The notes under the pieces: generated by a model
Database searches by the model: none
Told to the model about the DNA's origin: nothing
The model's input: the letters and a program-made list of their open reading frames with translations, nothing else
Made by a program: the position numbers and the translations under genes
In this document: piece by piece, positions 50,675-63,344 of the stretch
Layout: each line of letters starts with the position of its first letter
Position numbering within the stretch: the stretch's first letter is position 1
Assembly (NCBI GenBank): GCA_051362555.1
Contig: CM120648.1
Coordinates: forward strand, 1,341,721 to 1,405,720
Direction: 5' to 3'
Source: Lingula anatina
Taxonomy: Eukaryota > Animalia > Brachiopoda
Length of the DNA stretch: 64,000 bases

Positions 50675-51945
50675 TCTCCAAAACTGGCAGAGATAGGTCC
50701 ATAGTTACTATTGAAGTTGAATAGGAAGTCATATACTGGCAATCTTACTGTGACCTTGACATTGACCTTTGACCTACTTTTCACCATGAACTGAACTTTG
50801 CAAATTTTGCTTCCCTTTTATCTCCAAAACTGGCAGAGATAGGTCCATAGTTACTATTGAAGTTGAATAGGAAGTCATATACTGGCAATCTTACTGTGAC
50901 CTTGAAATTGACCTTTGACCTACTTATCACCATGAACTGAACTTTGCAAATTTTGCTTCCCTTTTATCTCCAAAACTGGCAGAGATAGGTCCATAGTTAC
51001 TATTGAACTTGCATAGGAAGTCATATACTGGCAATTTTACTGTGACCTTGAAATTGACCTTTGACCTTCTTTTCACCATGAACTGAACTTTGCAAATTTT
51101 GCTTCCCTTTTATCTCCAAAACTGGCAGAGATAGGTCCATAGTTACTATTGAAGTTGAATAGGAAGTCATATACTGGCAATCTTACTGTGACCTTGAAAT
51201 TGACCTTTGACCTACTTATCACCATGAACTGAACTTTGCAAATTTTGCTTCCCTTTTATCTCCAAAACTGGCAGAGATAGGTCCATAGTTACTATTGAAC
51301 TTGAATAGGAAGTCATATACTGGCAATTTTACTGTGACCTTGAAATTGACCTTTGACCTACTTTTCACCTTGAACTGAACTTTGCAAAATTTGCTTCCCT
51401 TTTATCTCCAAAACTGGCAGAGATAGGTCCATAGTTACTATTGAACTTGCATAGGAAGTCATATACTGGCAATTTTACTGTGACCTTGAAATTGACCTTT
51501 GACCTTCTTTTCACCATGAACTGAACTTTGCAAATTTTGCTTCCCTTTTATCTCCAAAACTGGCAGAGATAGGTCCATAGTTACTATTGAAGTTGAATAG
51601 GAAGTCATATACTGGCAATCTAAATGTGACCTTGAAATTGACCTTTGACCTACTTTTCACCATGAACTGAACTTTGCAAATTTTGCTTCCCTTTTATCTC
51701 CAAAACTGGCAGAGATAGGTCCATAGTTACTATTGAAGTTGAATAGGAAGTCATATACTGGCAATCTTACTGTGACCTTGAAATTGACCTTTGACCTACT
51801 TTTCACCATGAACTGAACTTTGCAAATTTTGCTTCCCTTTTATCTCCAAAACTGGCAGAGATAGGTCCATAGTTACTATTGAAGTTGGATAGGAAGTCAT
51901 ATACTGGCAATTTACTGTGACCTTGAAATTGACCTTTGACCTACC
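50675..51945. repeat. 146-bp satellite, about 8.7 copies, inside the Helentron-type element
   Basis: TCTCCAAAACTGG recurs at 50675, 50821, 50967 ... 51843; contains TGACCTT(T)GACC motifs. Confidence 0.95.
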
Positions 51946-52228
51946 TTACAATGAACTTAACTTTGATTGCACCATTTTTAGTTATATATATTTTTTGCAT
52001 ATTTTGAAAATTCTTGTTGATTGCATTTTTACAGCTTGTCAAGCACAAGACTGGTGGCTGCACCCCTTATTTTGTGTATGTGGGGGTCTATACGAATGCG
52101 CTTGCTCCAGCTGGTGGTACAATATTCGGAGGCGGTATCGCCTCTCTGATCCTCTAGTTAATTAATTAATTAATTAATTAATTTATTTATTTTTTGTATA
52201 TTTTTATTCTTTTTATTTATTTTTTCAG

Positions 52229-52292
52229 CCTGAATGTGCCTTGGTTGACCAACAGGAGCAGCCAACAGATGTCGCTGAGACTCCTCCAGCAG
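52229..52292 (+). CDS. per: per coding exon 12
   Basis: PECALVDQQEQPTDVAETPPA; ttttcag/GTAGGC; phase 0-1. Confidence 0.82.
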
Positions 52293-52578
52293 GTAGGCTC
52301 ATCTTGCATTAATCTAACAGTTGCTCCTGCACATTGTATTCAGTTGATTATAATGCATGCTTTGTTTATTTTGGTCCAACAAAACTGCTTAGTATGACAA
52401 AAAATAATTACCTTTCAATCAACCATCTATGGACCTTGTACTCAACTAAAAGCTGGATGTTATATAACGTGCGACTCTTGGTATTTAGTCTCCTGGTCAA
52501 GAATTTTATCATCTTACTATGGACCTTGAAAACCCCCTTTTTTTCAAAGCATGATTGTAAAGCTATGCTTTTAGTTAA

Positions 52579-52805
52579 AGCCTCGGTCACAACCGGCCGT
52601 ACGGGCTCTTACGGGCTGTTTGCCTCAAAATTTTGCGCAGAATCTCACTTCCCATGCAAGTCCTTCTTACGAAATTTTGAGTTCGCAGACCACCTGTAAG
52701 CACGTACTTTCCTCTACCTCTACGACCTCCACAGCCTCCGCAACACCCAAAAATCGCAGCGGACGTATGATCCTGAGATTCGTGCGTCCGGTTGTGACTG
52801 ATGCT
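52579..52805. mobile_element. MITE with TAA TSD, ~50 bp upstream of per exon 13
   Basis: TIR agcctcggtcacaaccgg / ccggttgtgactgatgct. Confidence 0.8.
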
Positions 52806-52854
52806 TAAAATGCTGTTTGGCCAGTTTGTAAGAAAAATGTTTGTTTTGTTCCAG

Positions 52855-52919
52855 GAGCAGAGCCGGGCCCTCCTGTCCCAGCCCCTTCTGGAAAAGAGCA
52901 AGACCATATATTTAGCAAG
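52855..52919 (+). CDS. per: per coding exon 13
   Basis: GAEPGPPVPAPSGKEQDHIFSK; ttccag/GTACTG; phase 1-0 bridges the flanking exons. Confidence 0.78.
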
Positions 52920-53664
52920 GTACTGGATCTGCATGTAACACTGATGTTCTTTATTATTATATATTAATAAGTTATATTGATACGTTCCCTAAGCAACAGT
53001 TTAAGTCTAACATTACATTTGCCATGGCCGCCGTATGGTGAAATCGTGTGCTATTTGCTGTTCAATTTTTATCGTAAGTGGCTATGGGCTGTGGTGAGTC
53101 AGTTAACATTATGTACGGGTGCCTTTCCATTTGGCTTCAGTAGAAAAATTACGAGTTATGTTTTACTTTTGGGATTTTTTTTGTAATTATTATGTTTGTG
53201 CACTAGCTGGCCACCCATGTTGTTCTTTGCATGAGACTTTTGCACCTAAATGGATGATGGCGCCACCTATTGCTTGTTTCTTTCCTGAAAGGAACATATT
53301 TTATCGAAAATCATTTTTGAAGAAAGAGCAAGCAATAATTTATAAGCTTTCCTAGAATTGTATAAAAGGTCTTAAACTTTTCATTCTATTCCATGAGCAA
53401 ATTAAATGTTAAATTCTGTTACCCGAAATAGAAAAAAAAAAAAGAATATTTCTGGTTTGCAAATTTAACAAAGTACTTATTCATCAGTATTTCCAACCCA
53501 TTGATGAAAGAACATAAAATGAAAAAAAAAATTTTTTTTTCCTCAATGAGCATTCTAGTACCTATTGATCATTTTGAAGGAATGTGGCTTCATCAGCCGT
53601 GATTTATGCCTAACAAGTATTTCTTTTATCACAGTTTGGAGAGCCTGTATTATGGCTATTTCAG

Positions 53665-53762
53665 AATAAACAGAAGACACAGTCTTCATCGTGTTCTAAG
53701 TCTGGCAGCTCTGAAGGTGGTATTACATATGAGCAGTTCAACTATACGCAGAATATTAAAAG
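53665..53762 (+). CDS. per: per coding exon 14
   Basis: NKQKTQSSSCSKSGSSEGGITYEQFNYTQNIK; matches the PER SYxQxNY motif; phase 0-2. Confidence 0.92.
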
Positions 53763-54177
53763 GTGGGTCCCGCCTTGATTGTGGTATGTATGCTAGTCAG
53801 CGTACACGGAGGTTAGTATGAATATTGTGTTGAATGTGCTCACTCCTGGAGTATTGTGTAAGCCAGGAATTGATGCAAGAATTTATTGATTAGGGGGGTA
53901 TAGGGGTGGTGTTTGAACCCCCCTCTAAATGGCCGCTAAATGTTGTCTGCATTTTAAAATATCTCAAATATTCTTGTGGTGTTATCATGCTTTCATAAAG
54001 ACAGAAATTTGCATTAAAACAAGAATAAATTCTGTGCATGATAGCTCAGTTGGAAGGTTCAGCCAACCCCAACCTGATCAATGAGCTCGTTTCTGAGTTT
54101 TTAAGTTTCAGTTGTTGCCCGCCTCTGGAAGATTGACGCAGGAAGTACATCTCCGCCATTTATATACTTGTCTATAG

Positions 54178-54272
54178 GTTTTTAATGAGCTGTCCAAAGA
54201 CCCACTCCTCTGGTAAATCTTCAGAACAAAAAAGTCGATCTCCAACTGATGATGATCAACAGGATACTCTAA
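54178..54272 (+). CDS. per: per coding exon 15
   Basis: RFLMSCPKTHSSGKSSEQKSRSPTDDDQQDTL; continues the motif (RFxxSxP); phase 2-1. Confidence 0.9.
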
Positions 54273-54543
54273 GTATGTGATATAGCTTACTTACAGGTTT
54301 TTTTTTGGGGTTTTTTGATAAAGCACATTTTAAAATTGTTGTTGGGGGCTAACTGCACTTGGTGTTGTGCAACAGTTGAAAGTTGGTGTGGAAGCTGCAG
54401 TAAAATCACTACCCATATGAAAAGCAGCGAGCGAGAGTGAAAACTTCTGGTTTGTAGAATATTTGAAAATTTACCAGATATATCAGTGTATGCCAGATGA
54501 TCACTTAGCTGGATGTGCTCTTCAGTATTGTGTTGTGTTTTAG

Positions 54544-54623
54544 GTGAAGATGAGTTATATTTGGAAGAAAACATACCTGTGGAGATGGTCCCCAAGCCAC
54601 CAAGTTTTGGCAGCAGTACCAAG
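54544..54623 (+). CDS. per: per coding exon 16
   Basis: SEDELYLEENIPVEMVPKPPSFGSSTK; ttttag/GTTAGT; phase 1-0. Confidence 0.88.
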
Positions 54624-54972
54624 GTTAGTAGGACAAAAATCTTTCTTAGTTCTGTGCGATTTAAATCGTTAATTGTACTTTTATACCAGAAACTTGATCA
54701 GAGTCTATTTCAGTTTATTTGACAAATCCAAGGTAATCCACCTAGAAAAAATTGCATGAGTCTGAAATACATAATTTCGCAAGGTCTTTCTGCTAATAAA
54801 AGAGGTGCAATATTTCATTCAGTTCTTTTCCTACTGATTTCACATAAATTCGACTAAAATTTGGTGCAGTGGGCTTATAAATATATATAGACCTATACAA
54901 ATTCTTTACTGTACGTAATTTGTTTCATCTTGCTGCCCATGGGTATCTTGAAGTCATGGCCATATTCTTCAG

Positions 54973-55774
54973 GTGGTGGTATGTGAGCAGGAGCAACCTG
55001 AGGACCTCCTTCCTTACAGTCCTGGCCCAGTCAAACTGGATATAGACCTCAATGAAGACAAGAATGCTTCATACGAAATTATCAAAGAAAATGTGGAAAC
55101 AGACTTTCCGGAGCATCACAAACCTCCCTCGACTGTCACAGCTGCCATCGATTCCGGCACGGAGACGAGGCCATCGTCCATTGTTGCTGTGACTGTGGTG
55201 CCTGGTCACAGGTCCCTTGAAGGGAACATACTGATCACCATGGAGGAAGAACAGCCCAATCCCACTGGAGCCGCCGTGGCTGCGGCGGCTGCAGCAACAG
55301 CAGCAGCACTCGAAGCTGCATCCGTGGCAAAAGTCAACTCTCAAGTCGCCACGTGTGACCTGACCTGTGAGAACTTGAACATTTTCAATAAAATTCAGGA
55401 GAAAATGGTGATGCAGCAGCTACACAAGGATAGAGACAGTTTTATCCTCCTGGGGCGCAGCGGGGTCGAAGCCCATGCCCCAGAGCAGCGGAGAAAAAGA
55501 GGGCACTCTGGCCCCTCTTCGGGTGACAATACCAAAAATCGCCAGCGGAAGCTGATGAAGCACGAGAACTTGCAACGCTACTGCAGTGCTGTGATGCCCA
55601 AACCAACCTTACCGAACAAGATTTCTTCGACAGTTCAGATTGCAACAGAGCCTGAGATGTTACAAGTTGGTAAAAACATCATGGTACAAGAGAATAATGC
55701 TACTCCACCAATTGTGCATCACCCCCGTGCTGTTCAGGCGTCCACGGACCCCCACCACCACCAGTCTCTGTATG
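54973..55774 (+). CDS. per: per coding exon 17 (large exon: poly-Ala, LTxExL motif, basic NLS-like RRKR)
   Basis: 802-nt open frame from ttcag to G|GTGAGT; contains LTCENLNIFNKIQEKMVMQQL; phase 0-1. Confidence 0.92.
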
Positions 55775-56413
55775 GTGAGTGTTTTAAACAGGTCATGTCT
55801 GTAGTCGGTTATAACTCAGATTATGTACAGTGGGGTTCCTAAATATACGTGGCCATTCAATATTAATATGTATATAGTGATGAGTAATGTCTGTGAGTGA
55901 AGATTGTTGCTTCACCTTGAGGTACCCTCTCGTATCATCTTTTTGTGAGAAGTGCTTGTTGCCTCTTCAAAAAAAAGCAGACAGCTTCCTATTTTATATC
56001 AGTCATTATCTCTATGAAAAAAAAAAAAGCAGACAGCTTTCTATTTTATATCAGTACTTACCTCCCTTAAAAACTTCCTATTTTGTATTGGTCTTATATT
56101 AAAGTGACCTTTTGTCTTTTCATTGCACACCTAAGTGAGGACACCATTATTTTTGCTCCTAACAAAAGGCACTTTCTCTCTATTTAATATACCAGTCTTC
56201 TTTGAAAGTTAAGTGCTGCCTATTCAAGGTACATTACATCTAGCTAAGGAAGCCACTATTTGTGCTCTCAGTGAAAGGTACCTCCTACTTAAACTTTGTT
56301 TTAAAGTACCTGACACTTGTTAATGGTACCTATTGACTGGACCTCCAGTTTAAGTGAGGTACCTTGCTGTCTGCTTGTGGTACTAACCACCTCGTGCTCT
56401 CAATGAAAGGTAC

Positions 56414-57082
56414 ATTGCCATTTTAGGGTACCTACTGTCAGAGATTGCCATCTTAGGGTACCTTCTGTGAGAGATTGCCATTTTAGGGTACCTACTGTCA
56501 GAGATTGCCATTTAAGGGTACCTACTGTCAGAGATTGCCATTTAAGGGTACCTACAGTCAGAGATTGCCATTTAAGGGTACCTACTGTCAGAGATTTCCA
56601 TTTAAGGGTACCTACTGTCAGAGATTGCCATTTAAGGGTACCTACTGTCAAAGATTGCCATCTTAGGGTACCTACTGTCAGAGATTTCCATTTAAGGGTA
56701 CCTACTGTCAGAGATTGTCATCTTAGGGTACCTACTGTCAGAGATTGCCATTTAAGGGTACCTACTGTCAGAGATTGTCATTTTAGGGTACCTACTGTCA
56801 GAGATTGCCATTTTAGGGTACCTACTGTCAGAGATTTCCATTTAAGGGTACCTACTGTCAGAGATTGCCATCTTAGGGTACCTACTGTCAGAGATTTCCA
56901 TTTAAGGGTACCTACTGTCAGAGATTGTCATTTTAGGGTACCTACTGTCAGAGATTGCCATTTTAGGGTACCTACTGTCAGAGATTGCCATCTTACGGTA
57001 TCTACTGTCAGAGATTGCCATTTTAGGGTACCTACTGTTAGATATTGCCATTTTACGGTACCTAATGTCAGAGATTGCCATT
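56414..57082. repeat. 30-bp minisatellite, about 22 copies, in a per intron
   Basis: Unit ATTGCCATTTAAGGGTACCTACTGTCAGAG with minor variants. Confidence 0.95.
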
Positions 57083-57391
57083 TGTTATTAGTATTCTTAC
57101 TTTACTATAGTATCCGTCATTTCAGGCCTGTTCAAAAGAACTGCCCTCCTGGCTGGAAAAGATCAGCTCTGAATTTAAATTCAGTCTAGTTTCTATGTCC
57201 TATTTCAATTCTGGTTAACTAAGGGGTTAAAAGGTCCATTTTTTTTTCAGTAAAAGAACCCCAGTGACTACAAGCCTTTTTTATAAGATGCTTTATTTTT
57301 CATCCTGGCTTTTATGTTTTATGACATTCCTAATTAGGGTATGTTTAAGTTAGATGGATAGCATGACTACATTAATGATTATTTCTTTCAG

Positions 57392-57454
57392 CTCCTGGCT
57401 ATATACCCTGTTTGCTCCATGGGTATACTAATCTTGGTATTCTATGGCCCCAAG
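57392..57454 (+). CDS. per: per coding exon 18 (63 nt, symmetric)
   Basis: APGYIPCLLHGYTNLGILWPQ; tttctttcag/GTATGT; phase 1-1. Confidence 0.72.
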
Positions 57455-60400
57455 GTATGTCTTGTAATGTAGGCCATTTACTACTAGAAACTAGTTCACA
57501 GTTCCTTCTATTACTGCTCCCCCATGGTTTTGTTCACAGCAGGACTAACTTAGACCAAAAATTGACTTATTGACAACAACAGAGCACATATGAGACAGCA
57601 GCTGAAAAAGAAAGCAGACAGTTAAAAAAGCTGTCTTTGTCTTTTTGTTTGGCAGTTTTCCAGATCACCATTTTAAATTTATTAGTACAACTATCCGTGT
57701 TAGATTCATATTTCACTATAAATACATTGTAAGCAACTCGTAGAGATATACTAAATTTTATTTTTCCACCAAAACAGCAGTTATCGCAATTATTCTGGAA
57801 CTCTGTGCTTGCCATCAGACCACGTGGAACTTCATTGATGGCTTTACCTCCGTATTTAACTCTTAAGAAGTTAGAAATGCGAAATCTTAAACCAAATTAT
57901 CAATATTGTCAGGCCTGGATTGAAATTTTAGCAATATGGTGGGTCTGTGAAACTTAAAACATTGTTGTTTCTGAATGTTGATTTGTCCGTTTCCTGTCCA
58001 AGACAATCCTCTTGTGAACATGTACTTTCTGGTCCAGGGTCAGTTTCACATAAAAAGTCAGAGTCCATAGTTGGTCTGAATTAAGGGCTGGGCACTTTAG
58101 TCCTTTGAACAAAGATGAATCAGTAGCTTTTTTGGCCCTTTTTTTCACAAAAAAAAGTAAGCAATATAGGGTCAATGTTTTGGACTGATAATATCTTAAT
58201 AATTACTTAAGGGGACTGCTACATATCTATCTTTGATTGAAGTAGACTGAAATGTATTTTTAAGACTAACCGATGAACTTTGATTCTTTTTGAACTGGTG
58301 TTCAGTATATTTATTCTTGACTGAACAATGCACTTGCTGAAAGCAGCCATTAAAGAAAGGACTGATGAGCTTACCAAAGATACACCGTGTCATACCTGCT
58401 TGAAGTTTTCAATCTCCAATATCCACATTTTGTCCTCCTTCTTTATATTTAGCTTCGGATGAAGAGTGGAGCTTTGCTTTGATTCATTTTATAAAGCTTT
58501 TCTTTTAAGGCTTTTCCTTTGCTTTTAAGCTTCTTTTTTCAAGTTAAGTTCTTTCAATGAGAATGTTATAAGATAATGCCTGCCTAGAAAATATGCCATC
58601 CAAAATAGCATTATTAAGTTTTCCACTTTTCTCTGTGTGATTACTGGTAAACTAGCATCCTGAACTCTTCACAGTTGAAAGGAATTTGTCATTTTATAAA
58701 GCTGCATCTTTGAATGTTTAACAGTATCTAAACTTCAAGCATGAAATATAAAGAAATATAAATTCCAATATTTTCCAGGGATTTTTTTGTGGTTTGTTTT
58801 GTTTTAAAGATTGATGCATTACTGAATAATTAAATGCAGGAAAAACATAATTTTTCAGTATCTGGATGATAATAAAGGGTTTCAATACCCTCAAATGACA
58901 TTTTCAAAGAACACATGTTTCTTGGAATTTTTGCACAGTTGTTGGGGTTTATAACACTGATGTTGATAATAACCACGGATTACTTACTCCTAGCTCAGCG
59001 GGAGCTGGGCTTCGCGCCGACATGATTAATGCTTGTTATGCAACCTGTCTTGTCTTCTCTGTCTTCTGAAACAAGACGCATGGGTTGAAGGAACACCCTG
59101 AAGTGACATGCTATTTAAAAATTTTTGTTGTCACAGAAGAGCAATTAGGTGTCTTGGTTGTTGTCAGGGGGACTTGGCAGGGACTTGTTAAGTGACAGTG
59201 CCTGAGTAGTTATACAAACAGTTACAAGCCTTGTAATCATCCTTGAGATTTCATTACAGGGTCACAGTGCAGAGATTAGCCATCTATTTAGCCAGAGACA
59301 TTATCTGTGAATATCTAGAGAAAAATCAATCAATGGCCCTGGTAGAGGGTACTCTAGTCTTGTTTAATTATGTAATCATCCTTACTGTAGCTCAAGTGAC
59401 AAAAAAGTCCTGTTATGTGGCATGTCTTAAATGAGATGTCTCTTGGAACTGATGTAAGCATGGTTGCTGGGGGGGGGGGGGGGGGTTGTGACAGGTGTAC
59501 CAAGAGGGTTTCTTGGTACTCGTTCAATGTCTTATCCGGTTTGGTTCACAACCATAGGTAAGAGAGGACTATGGAATATTATTTCATTAAATGCAAAAAT
59601 CCCCATTTGTTAGCACCCGCATCTACTTAGCAAGGATATACGCTAGAAAATTAGGCTTATTTTCACTTCTGAGTACCTGAGCTTTGAAAGTTTTTAATGA
59701 GTTCTATCGTACTGTGTCAACCCCCATAGAAGATAATTGCCATTTTCTAACACAAGCTGTAGATTTTGGAGCACAAATGCATAAATTAATGATAGAAAAG
59801 GTTTATTTTCACGTTTGAGCACCAGAGGTTTGAAAGTTTTTAATGAGTTCTACTGTACTGTGTTGGAGAGGAGGGGCTGATCAGAAACAACCCTCCTAAA
59901 CGCTAATTGCTATTTTCTAACACCAGCCGTGGATTTGGGAGCACAAATCCAGAAATAAACAAGTCCAGCCGCGAATTAACTACCCAAATGTAGAATTACT
60001 TGCCACAAGCTTTGCGTTTCATTGCACTATCAACTTGGTCGGGTCAAATATGACGACCCACTAAAAAATATGACGACCCACTAAAAAGCTTGCCATCTAA
60101 TCCACTAATAGAGACTGAATAGATTCCCCGTGGGGAAGTATTCAAGTGGGTCGGCCATATTTGACCCTAGGACTAGTTAGTCCACTGTTCTGAATGGGGA
60201 CTGTGGCCGTAAACATAGACCCCCCTACATGTGCTTTTTAATGTGGCGGCAATGCTTTCTCAACAATCTCCATAGCATACGGAACGTACCGAATGGGTAG
60301 AAAAGCAGATAATTGTTTCTAAATTCAGTTAAAAAGAAAGAGCATAACAAAGAGACTACTTTGAGTGACATGGAGAATTTAAGTTGTCAGGATATGGATC

Positions 60401-61900
60401 CTTTTACTGAAAGGTCATCCAAATTAATAGAGTCCTTTTTTGTGTATTGTTTCCTTGATCAGTGTCTAAAATAAGTTTTTTTCCTTTTTACTGTCTAGTT
60501 AATACTGGTGACTTATAAAACTGTAATGAGTTGTTCTATAGATAGCTGATGGAGTTCCTTTCCAAATGACAAATTCTTCTCAACCAAAGTGATGGGAGTC
60601 TTTTTCAATGTATCATTTTTTTGATAAGTAGCTGAGATCAATCATTTTTAAATCCTATATTTCTGCGACATTTTACTGGGTGAGCAGTAAATCTGTAATT
60701 GTATTGATTTACATAACAGTTGAAATTATTCTGACTTCACAATTTTTTGTGAATCTTTTTTTAACTTGGTTTAATCTTTTAACCATCTAAGACTTGTTGG
60801 TGTTTTTGTTTTTGCTTTTTTTTTTTTTTTTTTTGACCTATGGTTCTTTCAACCTGTTGACCTAATCATGAATTCGTTTGTTGAAACTTGTTGACATGTT
60901 TATGAGTTTCGGTTTTCGGTTTTCGAGACCATGTGCGTTTGCACTGTTACATAGACACAGGTGCTTTCTTTGCTACAACTACTTGGGGAAGCTACTAATG
61001 GAAAACTGTGTATTATTACTCCACCTTTTTCATTGTCGGTTGAATTATTTTTAACGAGCCTTTACTTTCAGTCAAATGATACCTTCTATATGTGACCATA
61101 TTTACTGTGATACTTGGGTAATACAGTTTTCTCATCTTATACTTTATAAAGAATCAACAAACTATGCATGAATGTTAAGAGTTTAGACATATATAAGTCT
61201 TGGGACATTTTAATGATCACAACAATTACTTTTTGTAATTTTTGTGGTAGTCCATACAGTAAGTATCACCAGAGGGCATGTTTTGCTGTTGTATGTGTCA
61301 TTTTTTTTTTTCAACAGTTTAATTAAGCTTGAGTTCAGATGTTTCCTGAGACATTATTCTCATTCGTGTACCTTCATTACATGTGTCTTTTTATGAACAG
61401 GAAATTTGTTATGAAATGTGATTCTTTGTATTGATTTGCCAGTTGACAATTGGGAAGGGTTCTCATTACAAAACAGTTGCAATTTCATCTTCTTGTTCAA
61501 TACGTACCCTCCACGCTGACTAGTGCCTCAAAGCCATTTTTACATTTCATTAACAAGACCTTTAAATTATAGCTGCAGCGAATAGGAAGAACACAACTAA
61601 ACATCATTTCCAAATTCTTTCAGTAAAACTGTAATTATCTTGATTAATTTTTGTTTGCTAAGAGGCACCGATTCTTGAATGAGTTGAAGTTCTTCTTTAT
61701 GGTATTATGTAACTTTTCAACTAATTAAATTTACTTTTCAATTTTTTTTTAAATCAAACCAGGTTCTGCCATTGGTTCAAGCCTAATTAATGCAATTTAT
61801 TTCCAGTGGTGACCACATTTACATGACTGTTATTAATTTTTATTTTCTGGCATCTTTTATATATATTTATGTGTGGGTGTGTCCAAGAACATGCTTTTTC

Positions 61901-62126
61901 CAGGCCTTATAAACAGATAAGGCATTTACTAACACTACCGGCAGATCTTTAAGCACTAATGCCCATATTCACCACATAACCCACAAATTAACCAGCACTA
62001 CCAGAGCGGATGAATGTTAGTGCTAGGTGTGTTGGCTAATTCGTGGCTTTTATGGTTAATATGGGCGTTAGTGCTAAAAGATCTGCGGGTGGTGTTAGTA
62101 AATACCTAATCTGTTTATAAGGCCTG
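61901..62126. mobile_element. Palindromic MITE with 5-bp TSD
   Basis: TIR CAGGCCTTATAAACAGAT; almost the whole element is self-complementary; TTTTC on both flanks. Confidence 0.88.
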
Positions 62127-63090
62127 TTTTCTATGGACACAACAATTTACTAACTTGTTTGAATGAGGACATCCGTAGAATTCTGTATGATACTTCAGAA
62201 GCCTTATTACACATTTATTTACATTTATTTTATTACTCATTGTGTACTTCTTTTTTTAAAAAATGTTAAGTCTGTAATGAGACTGATTACCAGGTGCTTG
62301 GCTGAATATAGGTCACAAAGGGAGGAGTCATTTGATGATTGAATAAAGATTTTTAATATATCTGTTTACTTTTTGCTGTGCGCATGTTGCTTGCTTGAAT
62401 TCCTTGACAGATAAAATTATAATTTAAATGTGTCTTTTTTGCAAGTGAGAAAGTAAACCAGTTTGCCTCTATTTTTTTTCCTAATTGCTCACTGTTTTCA
62501 GCCACATGATTTCCAATATTGCTTAAGTTAATACTAACAAGCAGATGATTACATACTATTGTGAGCCTAGTAAACCTCCAGATCTTTTTTGACAATCTTT
62601 TTGAGATTTTGTCAACAGTATATTGTTTTAAGAGACAATTTAATCAGTCTTGTGTAAATTTTGTGAGTTGCTGCCAGTAATACAAGAAAACTTATTTTGG
62701 CAGACAGTGGTCTCCTTTTGAATTTGGCTGCAACATTGATTCTTTCAAACCCAATTTTGTTCTACGAATGATAAAATTAATATTATTGCATGACACGATT
62801 CATCGTATTGTATGACACGTGATTTCATGACGGCCCAAATGGCTTTAGAACTTCAGCCAGTGCATTCAGAACAGCCAACTAACAGATCTGCGGATCAACT
62901 ATGAAGACCCACTAAAAAGCCTGTCCCTCAATTCACAATTAAACACTGAATAGATTCTTTGGGCGATTACGCAACAAGCACTCAGTGGGTCGGCCATATT
63001 TGATCCCCGGATCCGTTAGTCTGTTGTTATGAATGCACTCGGCAACACAGTATCATGTCTGGGCTAACACTTTCGTTGCATCTTTTCCAG

Positions 63091-63203
63091 CGAACGTTAC
63101 CCCTCCTCAGTTATGTACGGGATTTTGTCCCTCTGAGATGATTTTCCAGCCTGTGCATCGGCCGGTTGCCCAGCAACAGAATCGCAGACATCATGAGGAA
63201 AAG
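63091..63203 (+). CDS. per: per coding exon 19
   Basis: ANVTPPQLCTGFCPSEMIFQPVHRPVAQQQNRRHHEEK; ttttccag/GTGAGG; phase 1-0. Confidence 0.8.
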
Positions 63204-63344
63204 GTGAGGTGGATCAATTTTTTCTTCATCTTTGCTGAAACTTCAATTATATCCTTTAACTTGAAAACAATTTGCCATACATGATTATCATTCACAGATT
63301 CATATTTAACTGTCAGGATTTTCATCTTTTTTTTTCAATCGCAG

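Larger units (their letters stand above)
48556..52159 (+). mobile_element. Non-autonomous Helentron-type element (HINE), 3.6 kb, carrying a satellite array, a nested MITE and a duplicated 5' part
   Basis: 5' subTIR TTGTACCACCAGC with adjacent inverted copy and (CCGGCTCCG)n; 3' GCTGGTGGTACAA, hairpin GAGGCGGTATCGCCTC and CTAGTT end. A related 3' end sits at ~31782-31832. Confidence 0.82.

Noticed and set aside
54038-54075. tRNA A-box-like TAGCTCAGTTGG (similar at ~58990)
   Set aside because: No B-box or cloverleaf follows; not a tRNA gene.
56467-57189. 240-aa ORF of RDCHLRVPTV repeats and the antisense repeat ORF
   Set aside because: By-product of a stop-free 30-bp minisatellite; no credible start or splice context.
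59657-59960. Diverged two-copy tandem duplication of ~140 bp
   Set aside because: Old intronic duplication with no splice or coding signal.
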